A stretch of DNA of 64,000 nt from positions 928,001-992,000 of the forward strand of contig CBDATQ010000001.1 in assembly GCA_965199955.1 (NCBI GenBank), given 5' to 3'. The DNA is from Spirochaetia bacterium. GTDB taxonomy: Bacteria; Spirochaetota; Spirochaetia; SZUA-6; Bin103. Under the pieces are notes generated by a model that worked only from the letters and a program-made list of their open reading frames with translations, did no database searches and was not told the DNA's origin. Positions 22,650 through 32,856 of this stretch are shown in pieces (the stretch's first letter is position 1; every line of letters starts with the position of its first letter). A program made the position numbers and the translations under genes.

Positions 22650-25337
22650 ATGGGCGTGCGACTGACGCCGGCCGGTCATCTGCGCTGGGAAGCGGACCCC
22701 GCGGCGGAGGAACCCGCGGCCGCTCTGGGTCCGGTGCTGGACGCCTTTCGGAGCGACTGGCGTGGCGCGCTCTTCACCTTGGCGGCGGAGAAGCTGCCGG
22801 CGCAGGAGATCCCCGGCCTGCGCTACTGGCAGCAGATTGCGGAGCACTACCTGACCGGGCTCTGCCACCGGCCCGCGGGCGCCGGGCAGGCGGCGGTCGA
22901 GCCGCCGGGCGACGCGCTCCTCTCCACCTGGGTCCTGAACGCTCCGCCGATGGAGGGAGGCGAGTATCTCTCGGCGGACCTCCTGCAGCGCCTGTGGGAG
23001 CAGCTCGAGGCGTGGGTGCGGGACGCCGCCGCCTCCGCGGGCGGCGTGGCCAACCTGCTGCGCGCGCGGGCGCCGCGCTGGCGGCAGGTGGGACGGGTCT
23101 GCTTCCATCTCGCGGAGAACACGAACGACGAGGAGCGGCCGTTCGCGTTCCTGGCCACCTACGCCTCCGGCTTCGGCGCCGGGGGACGCCTCAAGCACCG
23201 GCCGCTGCGCAGCGCCCTGCAGCAGTACGCCGGGGCGAAGAACCGGACGGCGCTGATCAACCTGCTGTCGCCGGTGGAGGAGGCGGCCAGGGCGTGCGAC
23301 TGGGTGCGGGAGCTGGCCGATTCCGGCGACCTCTACCGCCCGCTGGCCTGGCCGCCCGAGCATGCCTATCGCTTCCTGCAGAGCGTGCCGGAACTGGAGC
23401 GCAGCGGCCTCTCGGTGCAGGTCCCGAACTGGTGGCGCAAGCGGCAGCGGCCGCAGGTGTCGGTGACGATCGGCAGTACGACGCCGCCTCGGGTGGGCGC
23501 CGACGCGGTGCTGGATTTCAAGGTCGAGGTCTCCGTGGGCGACAGCCCGTTGTCGGCCGAGGAGCTGGAGGCGCTGCGCAGCGCCGGCGACGGCCTGGTG
23601 CTGATCCGCAACCAGTGGGTGGAGGTGGACCGCGAGCGGCTGGGGCAGGCGATCGCGCACTGGGAGGCGCTGCAGCGCCATGCCGGCGGCGACGAAATCT
23701 CGTTCATCGAGGGCATGCGCCTGCTGGCGGGGGCGTCGGCGGACCTGCGGCAGGAGGACCTGACCGAGGACGAGCGGCCCTGGGTGCACGTGACGGCCGG
23801 CGCCGCCCTGCGCGCGCTGCTGGACGGGCTGCGCCGGCCCGACAGCCTGCAGCGGCTCGACTCGGCGGTCGCCGCAACCCTGCATGGCACGCTGCGGCCC
23901 TATCAGCGCGAGGGGCTGGCGTGGCTGCACTTCGTCACCGGGTTGGGACTCGGCGCCTGCCTGGCCGACGACATGGGGCTGGGCAAGACCATTCAGGTGC
24001 TGGCGCTGCTGCTGTGCGACCCTGCCGGCGGCGACGGCCGGCCACGGCAGCCGGCGCTGCTGGTGGTGCCGGCGTCGCTGCTCGGCAACTGGCGCGCGGA
24101 GGCGGATCGGTTCGCGCCGTCGCTGAGGCTCTGCTTCCTGCATCCGGCCGAGACCGACCGGCAGACGCTGGACGAGATCGCCGCCGCGCCGGAGGAACGC
24201 CTGGCCGACGCCGACATGGCGATCACCACCTACGCCATGCTGGTGCGTCAGACGTGGCTCGCGGAGCTCCACTGGCGGCTGGTGATCCTGGACGAGGCGC
24301 AGACGATCAGGAATCCGGCGACGCGCCAGAGCCGCGCGGCCCGGAAGCTGGCGGCGGATGCCCGCATCGCCCTGACCGGGACGCCGGTGGAGAACCGGCT
24401 GGGCGATCTGTGGGCGCTGTTCGACTTCCTCAATCCGGGCCTGCTCGGCTCGCGCACCGCGTTCGGGACCTTCGTCAAGGCGCTTCAGGCGCGGCCCGAG
24501 CAGCCCTTCGCGCCGCTGCGGCGGCTGGTGAGCCCCTACATCCTGCGCCGGCTGAAGACCGACCGCAGCATCATCGCCGACCTGCCCGACAAGACCGAGA
24601 CCGACCGCTACTGCCACCTGACCCGGGCGCAGGTCAGGCTCTACGAGCACGTGGTGCAGACGCTGCAGCGCGCCCTGGAGTCCAGCGAGGGGATCGAGCG
24701 CCGCGGACTGGTGCTCGGTTCGCTGCTGCGCCTCAAGCAGGTCTGCAACCATCCCAGCCAGCTCTCCGGTGACGGCGAGTACGCTCCGGCGGCCAGCGGC
24801 AAGTTCCTGCGGCTGGCCGAGCTCTGCGAGGAGCTCGCCGCGCGCCAGGAGCGCGTGCTGATCTTCACCCAGTACCGCGAGATCATCGATCCGCTGGCCG
24901 AGTACGCCGCGGCCCTGTTCGGCCGCGCCGGGCTGGTGCTGCACGGCGGGACGGGAGTCGCGGAGCGCCGCGACGTCGTGGAGCGATTCCAGGCGGGTGA
25001 CGGGCCGCCGTTCCTGATCCTGTCGCTCAAGGCCGGCGGCACCGGCCTGAACCTGACCGCCGCGTCGCACGTCATTCACTTCGACCGCTGGTGGAACCCG
25101 GCGGTGGAGAACCAGGCCACCGACCGCGCCTTTCGCATCGGCCAGCGGCGCAACGTGCTGGTCCACAAGTTCATCACCCGCGGCACCGTCGAGGAACGGA
25201 TCGACGCCATGATCGCCGACAAGCGGCACCTGGCCGAGGACGTGCTCGGCGGCGAGCAGGAGGTGAACGTTACCGAGCTATCCGACGACGAGTTGCTCGA
25301 CCTGGTCCGGCTCGACGTGAACAGCGCCGCGCTATAG
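22650..25337 (+). CDS. SNF2-family helicase/ATPase
   Basis: LRPYQ, LADDMGLGKT, DEAQ, LTGTPVEN, SLKAGGTGLNL, QATDRAFRIGQ. Confidence 0.95.
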   Translation: MGVRLTPAGHLRWEADPAAEEPAAALGPVLDAFRSDWRGALFTLAAEKLPAQEIPGLRYWQQIAEHYLTGLCHRPAGAGQAAVEPPGDALLSTWVLNAPPMEGGEYLSADLLQRLWEQLEAWVRDAAASAGGVANLLRARAPRWRQVGRVCFHLAENTNDEERPFAFLATYASGFGAGGRLKHRPLRSALQQYAGAKNRTALINLLSPVEEAARACDWVRELADSGDLYRPLAWPPEHAYRFLQSVPELERSGLSVQVPNWWRKRQRPQVSVTIGSTTPPRVGADAVLDFKVEVSVGDSPLSAEELEALRSAGDGLVLIRNQWVEVDRERLGQAIAHWEALQRHAGGDEISFIEGMRLLAGASADLRQEDLTEDERPWVHVTAGAALRALLDGLRRPDSLQRLDSAVAATLHGTLRPYQREGLAWLHFVTGLGLGACLADDMGLGKTIQVLALLLCDPAGGDGRPRQPALLVVPASLLGNWRAEADRFAPSLRLCFLHPAETDRQTLDEIAAAPEERLADADMAITTYAMLVRQTWLAELHWRLVILDEAQTIRNPATRQSRAARKLAADARIALTGTPVENRLGDLWALFDFLNPGLLGSRTAFGTFVKALQARPEQPFAPLRRLVSPYILRRLKTDRSIIADLPDKTETDRYCHLTRAQVRLYEHVVQTLQRALESSEGIERRGLVLGSLLRLKQVCNHPSQLSGDGEYAPAASGKFLRLAELCEELAARQERVLIFTQYREIIDPLAEYAAALFGRAGLVLHGGTGVAERRDVVERFQAGDGPPFLILSLKAGGTGLNLTAASHVIHFDRWWNPAVENQATDRAFRIGQRRNVLVHKFITRGTVEERIDAMIADKRHLAEDVLGGEQEVNVTELSDDELLDLVRLDVNSAAL

Positions 25338-25352
25338 GTTCTGGTGGCGTCC

Positions 25353-25991
25353 ATGGCCAAGAGGACCCTGCGCCCGGTAACGATCGAGGGGCGGACCATA
25401 GCCCACAGCTTCTGGGGCAAGCGCTGGTGCGCGCACCTGGAGTCGTTCTCGGACTACGCCAACCGGTTGCCACGCGGCCGCACCTACGCGCGCAGCGGCG
25501 CCATCCAGCACCTGCAGATCCATGCAGGGCGCCTCGAGGCGGCGGTCAAGGGATCACGGGCCAAGCCGTATGAGGTCGACATCCACGTGAAGCGGCTCCC
25601 GGCCGCCACCTGGAAGGCGATCCGGGAGGCATGCGCGGGGCAGATCGGCTCGATGCTGGAGCTGCTTCGAGGATCGCTGTCCGACCATGTGATGGCGGTG
25701 GTCTCCGATCCGGAGCGAGGCCTGTTCCCGAAGCCGCGGCAGATCGAGCTGGCGTGCAGTTGCCCCGATTGGGCGATCATGTGCAAGCACATCGCGGCGG
25801 TGCTGTACGGCGTGGGGCATCGGCTCGACGACAGCCCGGAGCTGCTGTTCCGCTTGCGCGGGGTGGATCCCGCGGAACTGATCAGCGCCGAGACGGTGCT
25901 GCCGGACGGCGCGGCAACCGGCGCCGACACCTTGGCCGAGGACCAGCTCGGCGACATCTTCGGCATCGACCTTGACGCCGATGGTCAGTAG
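25353..25991 (+). CDS. SWIM zinc-finger protein
   Basis: NRLPRGRTY, CSCPDWAIMCKH. Confidence 0.9.
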   Translation: MAKRTLRPVTIEGRTIAHSFWGKRWCAHLESFSDYANRLPRGRTYARSGAIQHLQIHAGRLEAAVKGSRAKPYEVDIHVKRLPAATWKAIREACAGQIGSMLELLRGSLSDHVMAVVSDPERGLFPKPRQIELACSCPDWAIMCKHIAAVLYGVGHRLDDSPELLFRLRGVDPAELISAETVLPDGAATGADTLAEDQLGDIFGIDLDADGQ

Positions 25992-26076
25992 TCGACGCCG
26001 ATCTTCACGAGCGTCTCCGGCGCATCCGCTCTCGGCATGATGCAACCTTGGGTGCGATGACACGGCGAGGGGAACG

Positions 26077-27264
26077 CTGAAGACGGAACTGTCCAGTCGG
26101 GAAGCACGGCGCATCGCGCTGGCGGCGCAGGGGTTCGCCGACCGGGCGCCGGCCGGCCGCGTCGATAGCCGCCACTTCGATCGGCTGTTCGACCGGGTCA
26201 ATGTCGTGCAGCTCGACTCGGTCAACGTGGCAGTGCGCACCCACTACATGCCGGCGTTCTCGCGGCTCGGCTCCTACCCGCGCGAGCGGTTCGACGCCTA
26301 CGCCTATCGACGTCGGCGGCTGTTCGAAGCGCGGGGGCACGTCGCGTCGCTGCTGCCGGTCGAGCATTACCCGCTGCTGCGCCACCGCATGGAGGAGGCG
26401 CACTCCCGCTCGGTCCGCTCCTTCGGCCGGGAGCGCCGCGCCTACGTGGAGTCGATCCGCCGGGAGGTGGCCGAGCGCGGACCGCTCGCGGTATCGGACC
26501 TGCGCGACCAGGGCAGCGGTGGCAGCGGGCCGTGGTGGGGGAGGAGCGACGGCAAGCTCGCACTGGAGTGGCTGTTCGCCACCGGCTGGCTGGCGACCTC
26601 CCGGCGCGGCAACTTCACGCGTGTCTACGACCTGTCCGAGCGGGTGATCCCGCCCGAGGTGCTGGCCGCGCCGGCGCCAGCGACGAGGGACGCGCAGCGA
26701 GAGCTGCTGCGGCTTGCCGCCCGCGCGCACGGCATCGGTGACGCGGGCGACCTGGCCGACTACTACCGCATCCGCGTGCCGCAGGCGCGGCCGCTCCTGC
26801 GGGAGCTGGTGGAGGAAGGCGAGGTGCTGGAGGCGAGCGTGGAAGGCTGGAGCCGGCCCGCCTACGTGCACCGCGACGCCCGCATGCCCCGGCGGATCGG
26901 TGCCAGTGCGCTGCTCAGCCCGTTCGACTCGCTGATCTGGCGCCGGGAGCGCACCGAGCGCCTGTTCGGCTTCCGTTACCGCATCGAGATCTACGTCCCC
27001 GAGCCGGAGCGGCAGTACGGCTACTACGTCTTCCCGTTCCTGACCGGCGACACGCTGGCGGCGCGCGTGGACCTCAAGGCGGACCGGGCGCGCGGAGCCC
27101 TGCTGGTGCGCGGCGCGTACCTGGAGGATGGCTGCGACGCCGGCGCCGTCACCGGCGAGCTGGCCGCCCACTTGGCGTCGATGGCGTCCTGGCTGGAGCT
27201 GGACGAGGTGATGGTCGGCAGGCGCGGCAACCTGGCGACGCCACTGCGCCATACCATCGGATAG
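26077..27264 (+). CDS. ycaQ: YcaQ/AlkZ-family (HTH_42) crosslink-repair DNA glycosylase
   Basis: ARRIALAAQGF, QxD motif (QLDSVNV), LLSPFD, YRIEIYVP...YGYY; probable CTG start. Confidence 0.85.
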   Translation: MKTELSSREARRIALAAQGFADRAPAGRVDSRHFDRLFDRVNVVQLDSVNVAVRTHYMPAFSRLGSYPRERFDAYAYRRRRLFEARGHVASLLPVEHYPLLRHRMEEAHSRSVRSFGRERRAYVESIRREVAERGPLAVSDLRDQGSGGSGPWWGRSDGKLALEWLFATGWLATSRRGNFTRVYDLSERVIPPEVLAAPAPATRDAQRELLRLAARAHGIGDAGDLADYYRIRVPQARPLLRELVEEGEVLEASVEGWSRPAYVHRDARMPRRIGASALLSPFDSLIWRRERTERLFGFRYRIEIYVPEPERQYGYYVFPFLTGDTLAARVDLKADRARGALLVRGAYLEDGCDAGAVTGELAAHLASMASWLELDEVMVGRRGNLATPLRHTIG

Positions 27265-27279
27265 GGCTTCGGCCGGCTG

Positions 27280-29133
27280 CTACGAGGGGTCGCCGAAGTA
27301 GGCCAGGGCCTGCTCGAAGGCGGCGATGCCGATCCTGGAGCCGATGATGCGGCCCGGCAGGTCGTCCACCCAGGGGTGGATGCCGCCGTAGAGGCGGGAG
27401 ATGCCGGCCTCGTCGGAGGCGTCGTAGTAGGTCGCCCACTGCAGGGTGAGCGTCTCGGTCGGCCCGGACTCGAACACCAGGAAGTTGTGCCGTGGCGCCA
27501 CGAACTCGCCCAGGCCGCCGGGGAAGTACTCGCTGCCGGTGAACAGCGCCATCACCTCGGCGGCGGCGCGGCTGAAGGTGCTGTGGCCGGAGACGTAGCC
27601 GGCGAACGGCGGCGTGACGAAGGTGTCCCGCTGATAGGGGACCCAGTCGGCGGCCAGGACCCAGCCCACGCCGCTGTACTGGGTTTCCGGGTCCTCGGGA
27701 ATGCCCAGCCAGCCGTAGATCGCGACCTTGTCGACGTGCTCGGCAAGGTGGGCGTGGCGCTCGCCGGCGGCGGCCGACTCCCCGGTGACCACCTCGACCA
27801 GCCCCGGGTGCAGCGGCAGGCCCTGTTCATGGTAGGAGGGCAGGTCCGGGTCGGAGGACTGGCCCAGCCCCGCCATGTAGCGGATCGCCGTGATCGGCCG
27901 CACGTAGTCGTAGTGGCCCTTCAAGCCCCAGGCGCAGATCGCCGCGTCGTGCGTGGCGCCGTTCAGGGCCAGGTACAGCTTGAGGTCCCACTCCAGCGGG
28001 CCGAGCTCCCGGCCCTCGCCGCCCAGCCGGCGCTCCAGCAGCGGGTGGTCGGTGACGTAGTTGGCCAGCGTGTTCCAGTGCCCGGGCGGCGTCTCCGAAT
28101 CGGGGCCGTCGGCCCAGAACTCGGCGATGACCCGCGCCCAGTCGCCGCGCTTGACGACGTTGGGGGCGTACGGCTCGCCGGTGACCGGGTTCACGGGATG
28201 GCCGCGGCCGTCGTTGGTGCCCAGGCTGTTGTTGCCGAACGCGCCGGGCGAGATGTCCATCAGCACGCCGTCGTCCGGGGTGAGGGTGGCGCTGTAGTGC
28301 GCGACCTGGGCGAAGGCCATTTGGTACTCCAGGCTGCCGTCGCCTCCCAGGTAGGGCGGCGGGCCCGGGTCGAGGTAGACGCCCTCGTCGGCCATGCCTT
28401 CATCGGCCAGCGAGAACGGGGTGACCGCGCCCCAGTGGGAGCCGATGAAGCGCTGCACGCCGCCCGCCTGCTGGCGGCCGGCCTGGTCGATGAACATGCG
28501 CAGCGCCAGCGGCTGCCAGCGGTTGGGGTCGTGCACGACGCCGGATCCGGAGTTCGCCACCACCATCGGCCGGTTGGCGGGGCGGTACTCCCACTCGAAG
28601 GCGTAGGAGCCCAGCTCGTCGGCGCCGTCGTCGTAGCCCAGGTCGACGATGTGGTTGCCGATGCGGTTGCCGAGCGCCGCCGGGCTCGGCCCTTCCCGGC
28701 CGCTGTAGTCGGGGTCGTAGCCGAGCTCCTTCATCAGGTTGTCGAAGCTGGTCAGCGACTCGTAGGCGCCGGGGGAGTCGCGGTAGCGGTTGTACAGCAC
28801 GCGGTAGGCGGCGTAGCTGATCGCCTCGTGGCGGGCGGCGGCGACGTCTTCGGCCGCGGCGCGCTCGTCGACCGACGCTCGTTCGTCGGTCAGGACCTGC
28901 CGGGCCGTGTCGTCGTAGGCGGCCCAGGCGTCCCACATGGCGACCGTGACGTGGTAGAGGTTGCGGGCGTGCACGGGCGGCCGGGCGAAGTCGTTGCGGA
29001 TCGCGTGCAGCGTCACCTCGTTCCAGCGGCGCGCCACGGAGTGCTCGGGCGCGGCGGTCACGGCAGCGGCCGTCAGGACGAGGCCGGCGAAGATGGCAAG
29101 GATCCGGCCACATCGGCGCAGGCGAGCGAACAT
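27280..29133 (-). CDS. Secreted vanadium-dependent haloperoxidase-like (PAP2 superfamily) protein
   Basis: KGHYDYVRP, PPFAGYVSGHSTFS, SRLYGGIH; signal peptide. Confidence 0.85.
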   Translation of the reverse strand: MFARLRRCGRILAIFAGLVLTAAAVTAAPEHSVARRWNEVTLHAIRNDFARPPVHARNLYHVTVAMWDAWAAYDDTARQVLTDERASVDERAAAEDVAAARHEAISYAAYRVLYNRYRDSPGAYESLTSFDNLMKELGYDPDYSGREGPSPAALGNRIGNHIVDLGYDDGADELGSYAFEWEYRPANRPMVVANSGSGVVHDPNRWQPLALRMFIDQAGRQQAGGVQRFIGSHWGAVTPFSLADEGMADEGVYLDPGPPPYLGGDGSLEYQMAFAQVAHYSATLTPDDGVLMDISPGAFGNNSLGTNDGRGHPVNPVTGEPYAPNVVKRGDWARVIAEFWADGPDSETPPGHWNTLANYVTDHPLLERRLGGEGRELGPLEWDLKLYLALNGATHDAAICAWGLKGHYDYVRPITAIRYMAGLGQSSDPDLPSYHEQGLPLHPGLVEVVTGESAAAGERHAHLAEHVDKVAIYGWLGIPEDPETQYSGVGWVLAADWVPYQRDTFVTPPFAGYVSGHSTFSRAAAEVMALFTGSEYFPGGLGEFVAPRHNFLVFESGPTETLTLQWATYYDASDEAGISRLYGGIHPWVDDLPGRIIGSRIGIAAFEQALAYFGDPS

Positions 29134-29283
29134 GGCTGAACGGATTATAGGGCCGAGGGTGTCAGGCGGCTACCGGATCGCTGCCGCGGTTCGGCGGCCT
29201 CGGCCCCTCGATGAAGGCGGGGCTGGCTGCGATGCGGCCAGCCCCGCGTCAAGGCGTTTCGATCGGTCGGGTCGACCCGAAGA

Positions 29284-30879
29284 TCACTTGCCGGAGAAGC
29301 GGTCGTAGGCGGTCTGGTAGATCGCCATCGCCTGCGGCAGGCCGAGGCGGTCGAGCTGCTTCAGGTAGTCGTCCCACTCGGCGTCGGCGGTGCCTTCCAC
29401 GACCCAGCGGGCGATCGTGGACTTCACGTAGTCGCCGATCTCCGTCTCCTGGATCGACAGTTCCTCCTGCTCGTCGTCGGTGAAGGTGATGTAGGCGTAG
29501 TGCCGGTCCTGCGGCCACAGGTAGGGAGCGAACACGTTGTTGACGTAGTCGTCGCGCGCGCCCTGCTCGCCGGTCCAGCGCACATTGTCCGACGCCCGCT
29601 TGGAGATGTAGGACGGGAAGTGGTTGTGCGGGCCGTGCATGTACCACTCGGTGCCGCGCCCCACCACCGTGCGGGAGCCGTCGGCGCTCTGCTCGATCAT
29701 CGGACCGCCGTAGGAAGCCTGAATGCTGAAGTCATCGTCCGCCCAGGCGTCGATGAACCGCACCATCACCTCCGGCAACTCGAACTTGGAGAAGATCGTC
29801 ATCGCGTTCTTCTGCAGGCGCACCGGCTGCGAGCGGAAGCGCCGCGTTCCGTCGGGGCCTGCCACCGGAGGCAGCGGGTCGTACCACTCCTCCACCGGAG
29901 ACACGATGAAGTAGGAGCCCCACATGCCCGTGATCGGCGGCACCGAGCGCGACTTCGCCAGGTAGTCGTCCCACGCGTCGGTGAACACCTCTTCCGGAAT
30001 CAGGTCCTCGTCGAACAGACGGTGCATGTAGTTGACCACGTCCTTGAGCTTGGGATCGGCGGCGCCGAACTCCACCACCCCGTCGTTCACGGACAGGTAG
30101 CGCTGCGCGCCGGAGCCCTGGCCCTTCATCCACAGGCCGAAGGCGTTGTAGATCTCGAACTCGCCGCCCACCCACGAGTGGAAGCGGAAGTACCAGGGGA
30201 TGCCGTCCTTGGGCAGCGTGCCCGAGTCGATGCCGGTGCGGAACGCCTTCAGCGTCTCGTACAGCTCCTCCGTGGTCTGCGGCATCTCCAACCCCATCGT
30301 GTTCAGCCAGTCGACGTTGATCGCCTGGATGTCGCGGATGCCGAAGTCGTTGAGGATCTCGCGGTAGTACGGGAGGCTGTAGAACTTGCCGTCCGGCATG
30401 GTGATGGCGTTGCGGATCACCGGCCGTTCCTCGAAGCCCTTCTGCCAGTTGGGCGCGTACTGCTCGATCAGGTCGTTCAGCGGCCACACGTCGCCGGCCT
30501 GGGCGGCGTCCCACAGCAGCCGGTCCTGCACCCCGGCGACGAAGATCACGTCGGGGAACTCGCGGCTGGCGAACAGCAGGTTGGTCTTCTCCCGAACCTG
30601 TGCTGCCGGCACCTCCTCGAAGACGATGTCGACGTTGGTGCGCTCCTGCATCTCGACCAGCAGGGTCTGCTCGTCGAACGCCGAGGTCACGTGGCCGGGC
30701 CGCTGGATCAGCGCGTTCACGGTCACCGTCTGGTCGACGATCGGGTAGCCGCCCTCGTTGAAGCCGACGGCGGCCAGCCGCCCTTCCGCGGAAGCGGTCT
30801 CTTCGCTGCCTTCGGCCCACGCGGCCCCGGCAACGATCACGGTGGCTGCCGCCACGGCAGCCCAGCGTTTGTTCAACAT
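29284..30879 (-). CDS. Carbohydrate ABC transporter substrate-binding protein
   Basis: Signal peptide, GYPIV, INVDWLNTMGLEMPQT, DAEWDDY; AAGGAG RBS. Confidence 0.9.
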   Translation of the reverse strand: MLNKRWAAVAAATVIVAGAAWAEGSEETASAEGRLAAVGFNEGGYPIVDQTVTVNALIQRPGHVTSAFDEQTLLVEMQERTNVDIVFEEVPAAQVREKTNLLFASREFPDVIFVAGVQDRLLWDAAQAGDVWPLNDLIEQYAPNWQKGFEERPVIRNAITMPDGKFYSLPYYREILNDFGIRDIQAINVDWLNTMGLEMPQTTEELYETLKAFRTGIDSGTLPKDGIPWYFRFHSWVGGEFEIYNAFGLWMKGQGSGAQRYLSVNDGVVEFGAADPKLKDVVNYMHRLFDEDLIPEEVFTDAWDDYLAKSRSVPPITGMWGSYFIVSPVEEWYDPLPPVAGPDGTRRFRSQPVRLQKNAMTIFSKFELPEVMVRFIDAWADDDFSIQASYGGPMIEQSADGSRTVVGRGTEWYMHGPHNHFPSYISKRASDNVRWTGEQGARDDYVNNVFAPYLWPQDRHYAYITFTDDEQEELSIQETEIGDYVKSTIARWVVEGTADAEWDDYLKQLDRLGLPQAMAIYQTAYDRFSGK

Positions 30880-30958
30880 GAACAACTCCTTGGGAAATGG
30901 TTTCTCTTCGCCGGCGCATGCCGGCGTGCACTGTGTTTCCTCACGTTCCCGTCCCCCG

Positions 30959-31864
30959 TCAGCCCTTGATCGCTCCGATCATCACGCCGCGCACGTAGTG
31001 CTTTTGCACGAAGGGATAGAGCAACAGGACCGGCACGCTGGCGACGATGATCATCCCGTACTTGATCGACTCGGCCAGCATCATCGCCGCCATCGCGTTC
31101 TCGTCGTCGATCTCCAGCTCTTCGGTGAACGTATTCTGGATCAATATGTCACGCAGGATCAACTGCAACGGGAAGCGCTCGCGCTCGCGCAGGTAGATCA
31201 GTCCATGGAAGAACCCGTTCCAGTGGCCGACCGCGTAGAACACCATCAGCACGGCGACGATCGCCCCCGACAGCGGCAGCACCACGGAGCGGAAGAAGCG
31301 CAGGTCGGTGCAGCCGTCGATCACGGCGGCGTCCAGCAGTTCCTGCGGAATGGTGTTCATGAAGAAGGTGCGGGCGATGATGATATTGAACACCGAGACC
31401 GTCAGGTGCAGGGCGCTGCCGCCGGCCGGCAGGATCATGATCCAGAACGAGTTGTAGAGCCCGAGGTTGCGGATCAGGAGGAAGGTCGGGATCAGGCCGC
31501 CGGAGAAGAACATGGTGAAGGTGAGGTAGATCATGAACGCGTTGCGGCCCCATAGGTCGCGGCGCGACAGGGCGTAGGCGGCGGTCAGCGTCAGGCTCAG
31601 GTTGAGGGCCGTCCCGACGGTCGCGTAGACCAGGCTGTTGCGGTAACCGCGCAGCAGGTCCTCGTGCTGGACGATGCGCGCGTAGCCGTCCAGGGTGATG
31701 CCGCGCGGGAACAGCCAGACCTCGCCCCGGTTGACCATGAACGGATCGCTGATGGAGGCGACGACGACGAAGAACAACGGGTAGGCGACCGCCAGTAGCA
31801 CCAGTGACAGCAAGGCGTAGACGGCGCCGTTGAGGATGCGGTCCTGGCGCCCCAGTGCGATCAT
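30959..31864 (-). CDS. Carbohydrate ABC permease (MalG/LplC type)
   Basis: FSGGLIP, DAAVIDG, YPFVQKHY. Confidence 0.92.
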   Translation of the reverse strand: MIALGRQDRILNGAVYALLSLVLLAVAYPLFFVVVASISDPFMVNRGEVWLFPRGITLDGYARIVQHEDLLRGYRNSLVYATVGTALNLSLTLTAAYALSRRDLWGRNAFMIYLTFTMFFSGGLIPTFLLIRNLGLYNSFWIMILPAGGSALHLTVSVFNIIIARTFFMNTIPQELLDAAVIDGCTDLRFFRSVVLPLSGAIVAVLMVFYAVGHWNGFFHGLIYLRERERFPLQLILRDILIQNTFTEELEIDDENAMAAMMLAESIKYGMIIVASVPVLLLYPFVQKHYVRGVMIGAIKG

Positions 31865-31880
31865 CCGCTTCCGCCCCGGC

Positions 31881-32822
31881 CTACCAGAGCCCCGATTGGC
31901 CCAGGAGCCTGGCCACACGGTTGACGGAGATCAGCAACACGAAGTTGATCACCGTTCTGAACAGGTCCACCGCGGCGGAGAAGCTGTAGCGCGCGTCGAG
32001 CAGGCCCACCTTGTAGACGTAGGTGGGGATGATCTCGGACACTTCCAGGTTCAGCGCGTTCTGCATCAGGAACGCCTTCTCGAAGCCGACGCTCATGATC
32101 TGGCCGACGTTGAGGATGAGCAGGATGACGATGGTCGGCAGGATGCCGGGGATGTCGATGTGCCACACCCGCTGCCAGAGGCTGGCGCCGTCCACGACCG
32201 CCGCCTCGTGCTGCTCCGGGTCGATGCTTGAGAGCGCCGCCAGGTAGATGATGGTGCCCCAGCCGGCGTTCTGCCACACGCCGGAGAACACGTACAACGT
32301 GCGGAACCACTCGCGGCGTCCCAGGAAGAACACCCGCTCCCCGCCGAGCGTGTCGAGCAGATGGTTGGCCAGTCCGAAGTTCTTGGAGAGGAAGACGCCC
32401 AGCATGCCGACGATCACCACCGTGGAGATGAAGTGGGGGGCGTAGGTGACCATCTGCACCGTGCGCTTGAAGCGGCGCCCGGTGACCATGTTCATCATCA
32501 GCGCCAGGACGATCGGGATCGGGAATCCGACCAGCAGCTCGTAGCCCGAGAGCAGGGCCGTGTTCCTGATCAGCCGCCAGAAGCTCGGCGACTCGAAGAA
32601 GCGGATGAAGTGGCGCAGGCCGATCCAGTCGCTGCCCAGCACGCCCAGGTGGGGCTTGAAGTTCTTGAACGCGATCGTGACCCCGTACATCGGCACGTAC
32701 TGGAACAGGAGCACCAGCAGCACGGTGGGCACCAGCAGCAGGTAGAGCTGCCACGATCGCGCCGCGCGCGCGACCGGCGACAGGCGGTGCGCGCGCGCGG
32801 GAATAGCCGGGGCCGTACTCAC
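31881..32822 (-). CDS. Carbohydrate ABC permease (MalF/LplB type)
   Basis: GWGTIIYLAAL, EAAVVDGA. Confidence 0.92.
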   Translation of the reverse strand: MSTAPAIPARAHRLSPVARAARSWQLYLLLVPTVLLVLLFQYVPMYGVTIAFKNFKPHLGVLGSDWIGLRHFIRFFESPSFWRLIRNTALLSGYELLVGFPIPIVLALMMNMVTGRRFKRTVQMVTYAPHFISTVVIVGMLGVFLSKNFGLANHLLDTLGGERVFFLGRREWFRTLYVFSGVWQNAGWGTIIYLAALSSIDPEQHEAAVVDGASLWQRVWHIDIPGILPTIVILLILNVGQIMSVGFEKAFLMQNALNLEVSEIIPTYVYKVGLLDARYSFSAAVDLFRTVINFVLLISVNRVARLLGQSGLW

Positions 32823-32856
32823 GGACGCGTCATGATCGGCGGCTCGGCCGGAGCTG

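Noticed and set aside
30909..30926. Hairpin CGCCGGC-GCAT-GCCGGCG before the substrate-binding protein gene
   Set aside because: A short all-GC stem is expected by chance at this GC content; there is no U-tract.
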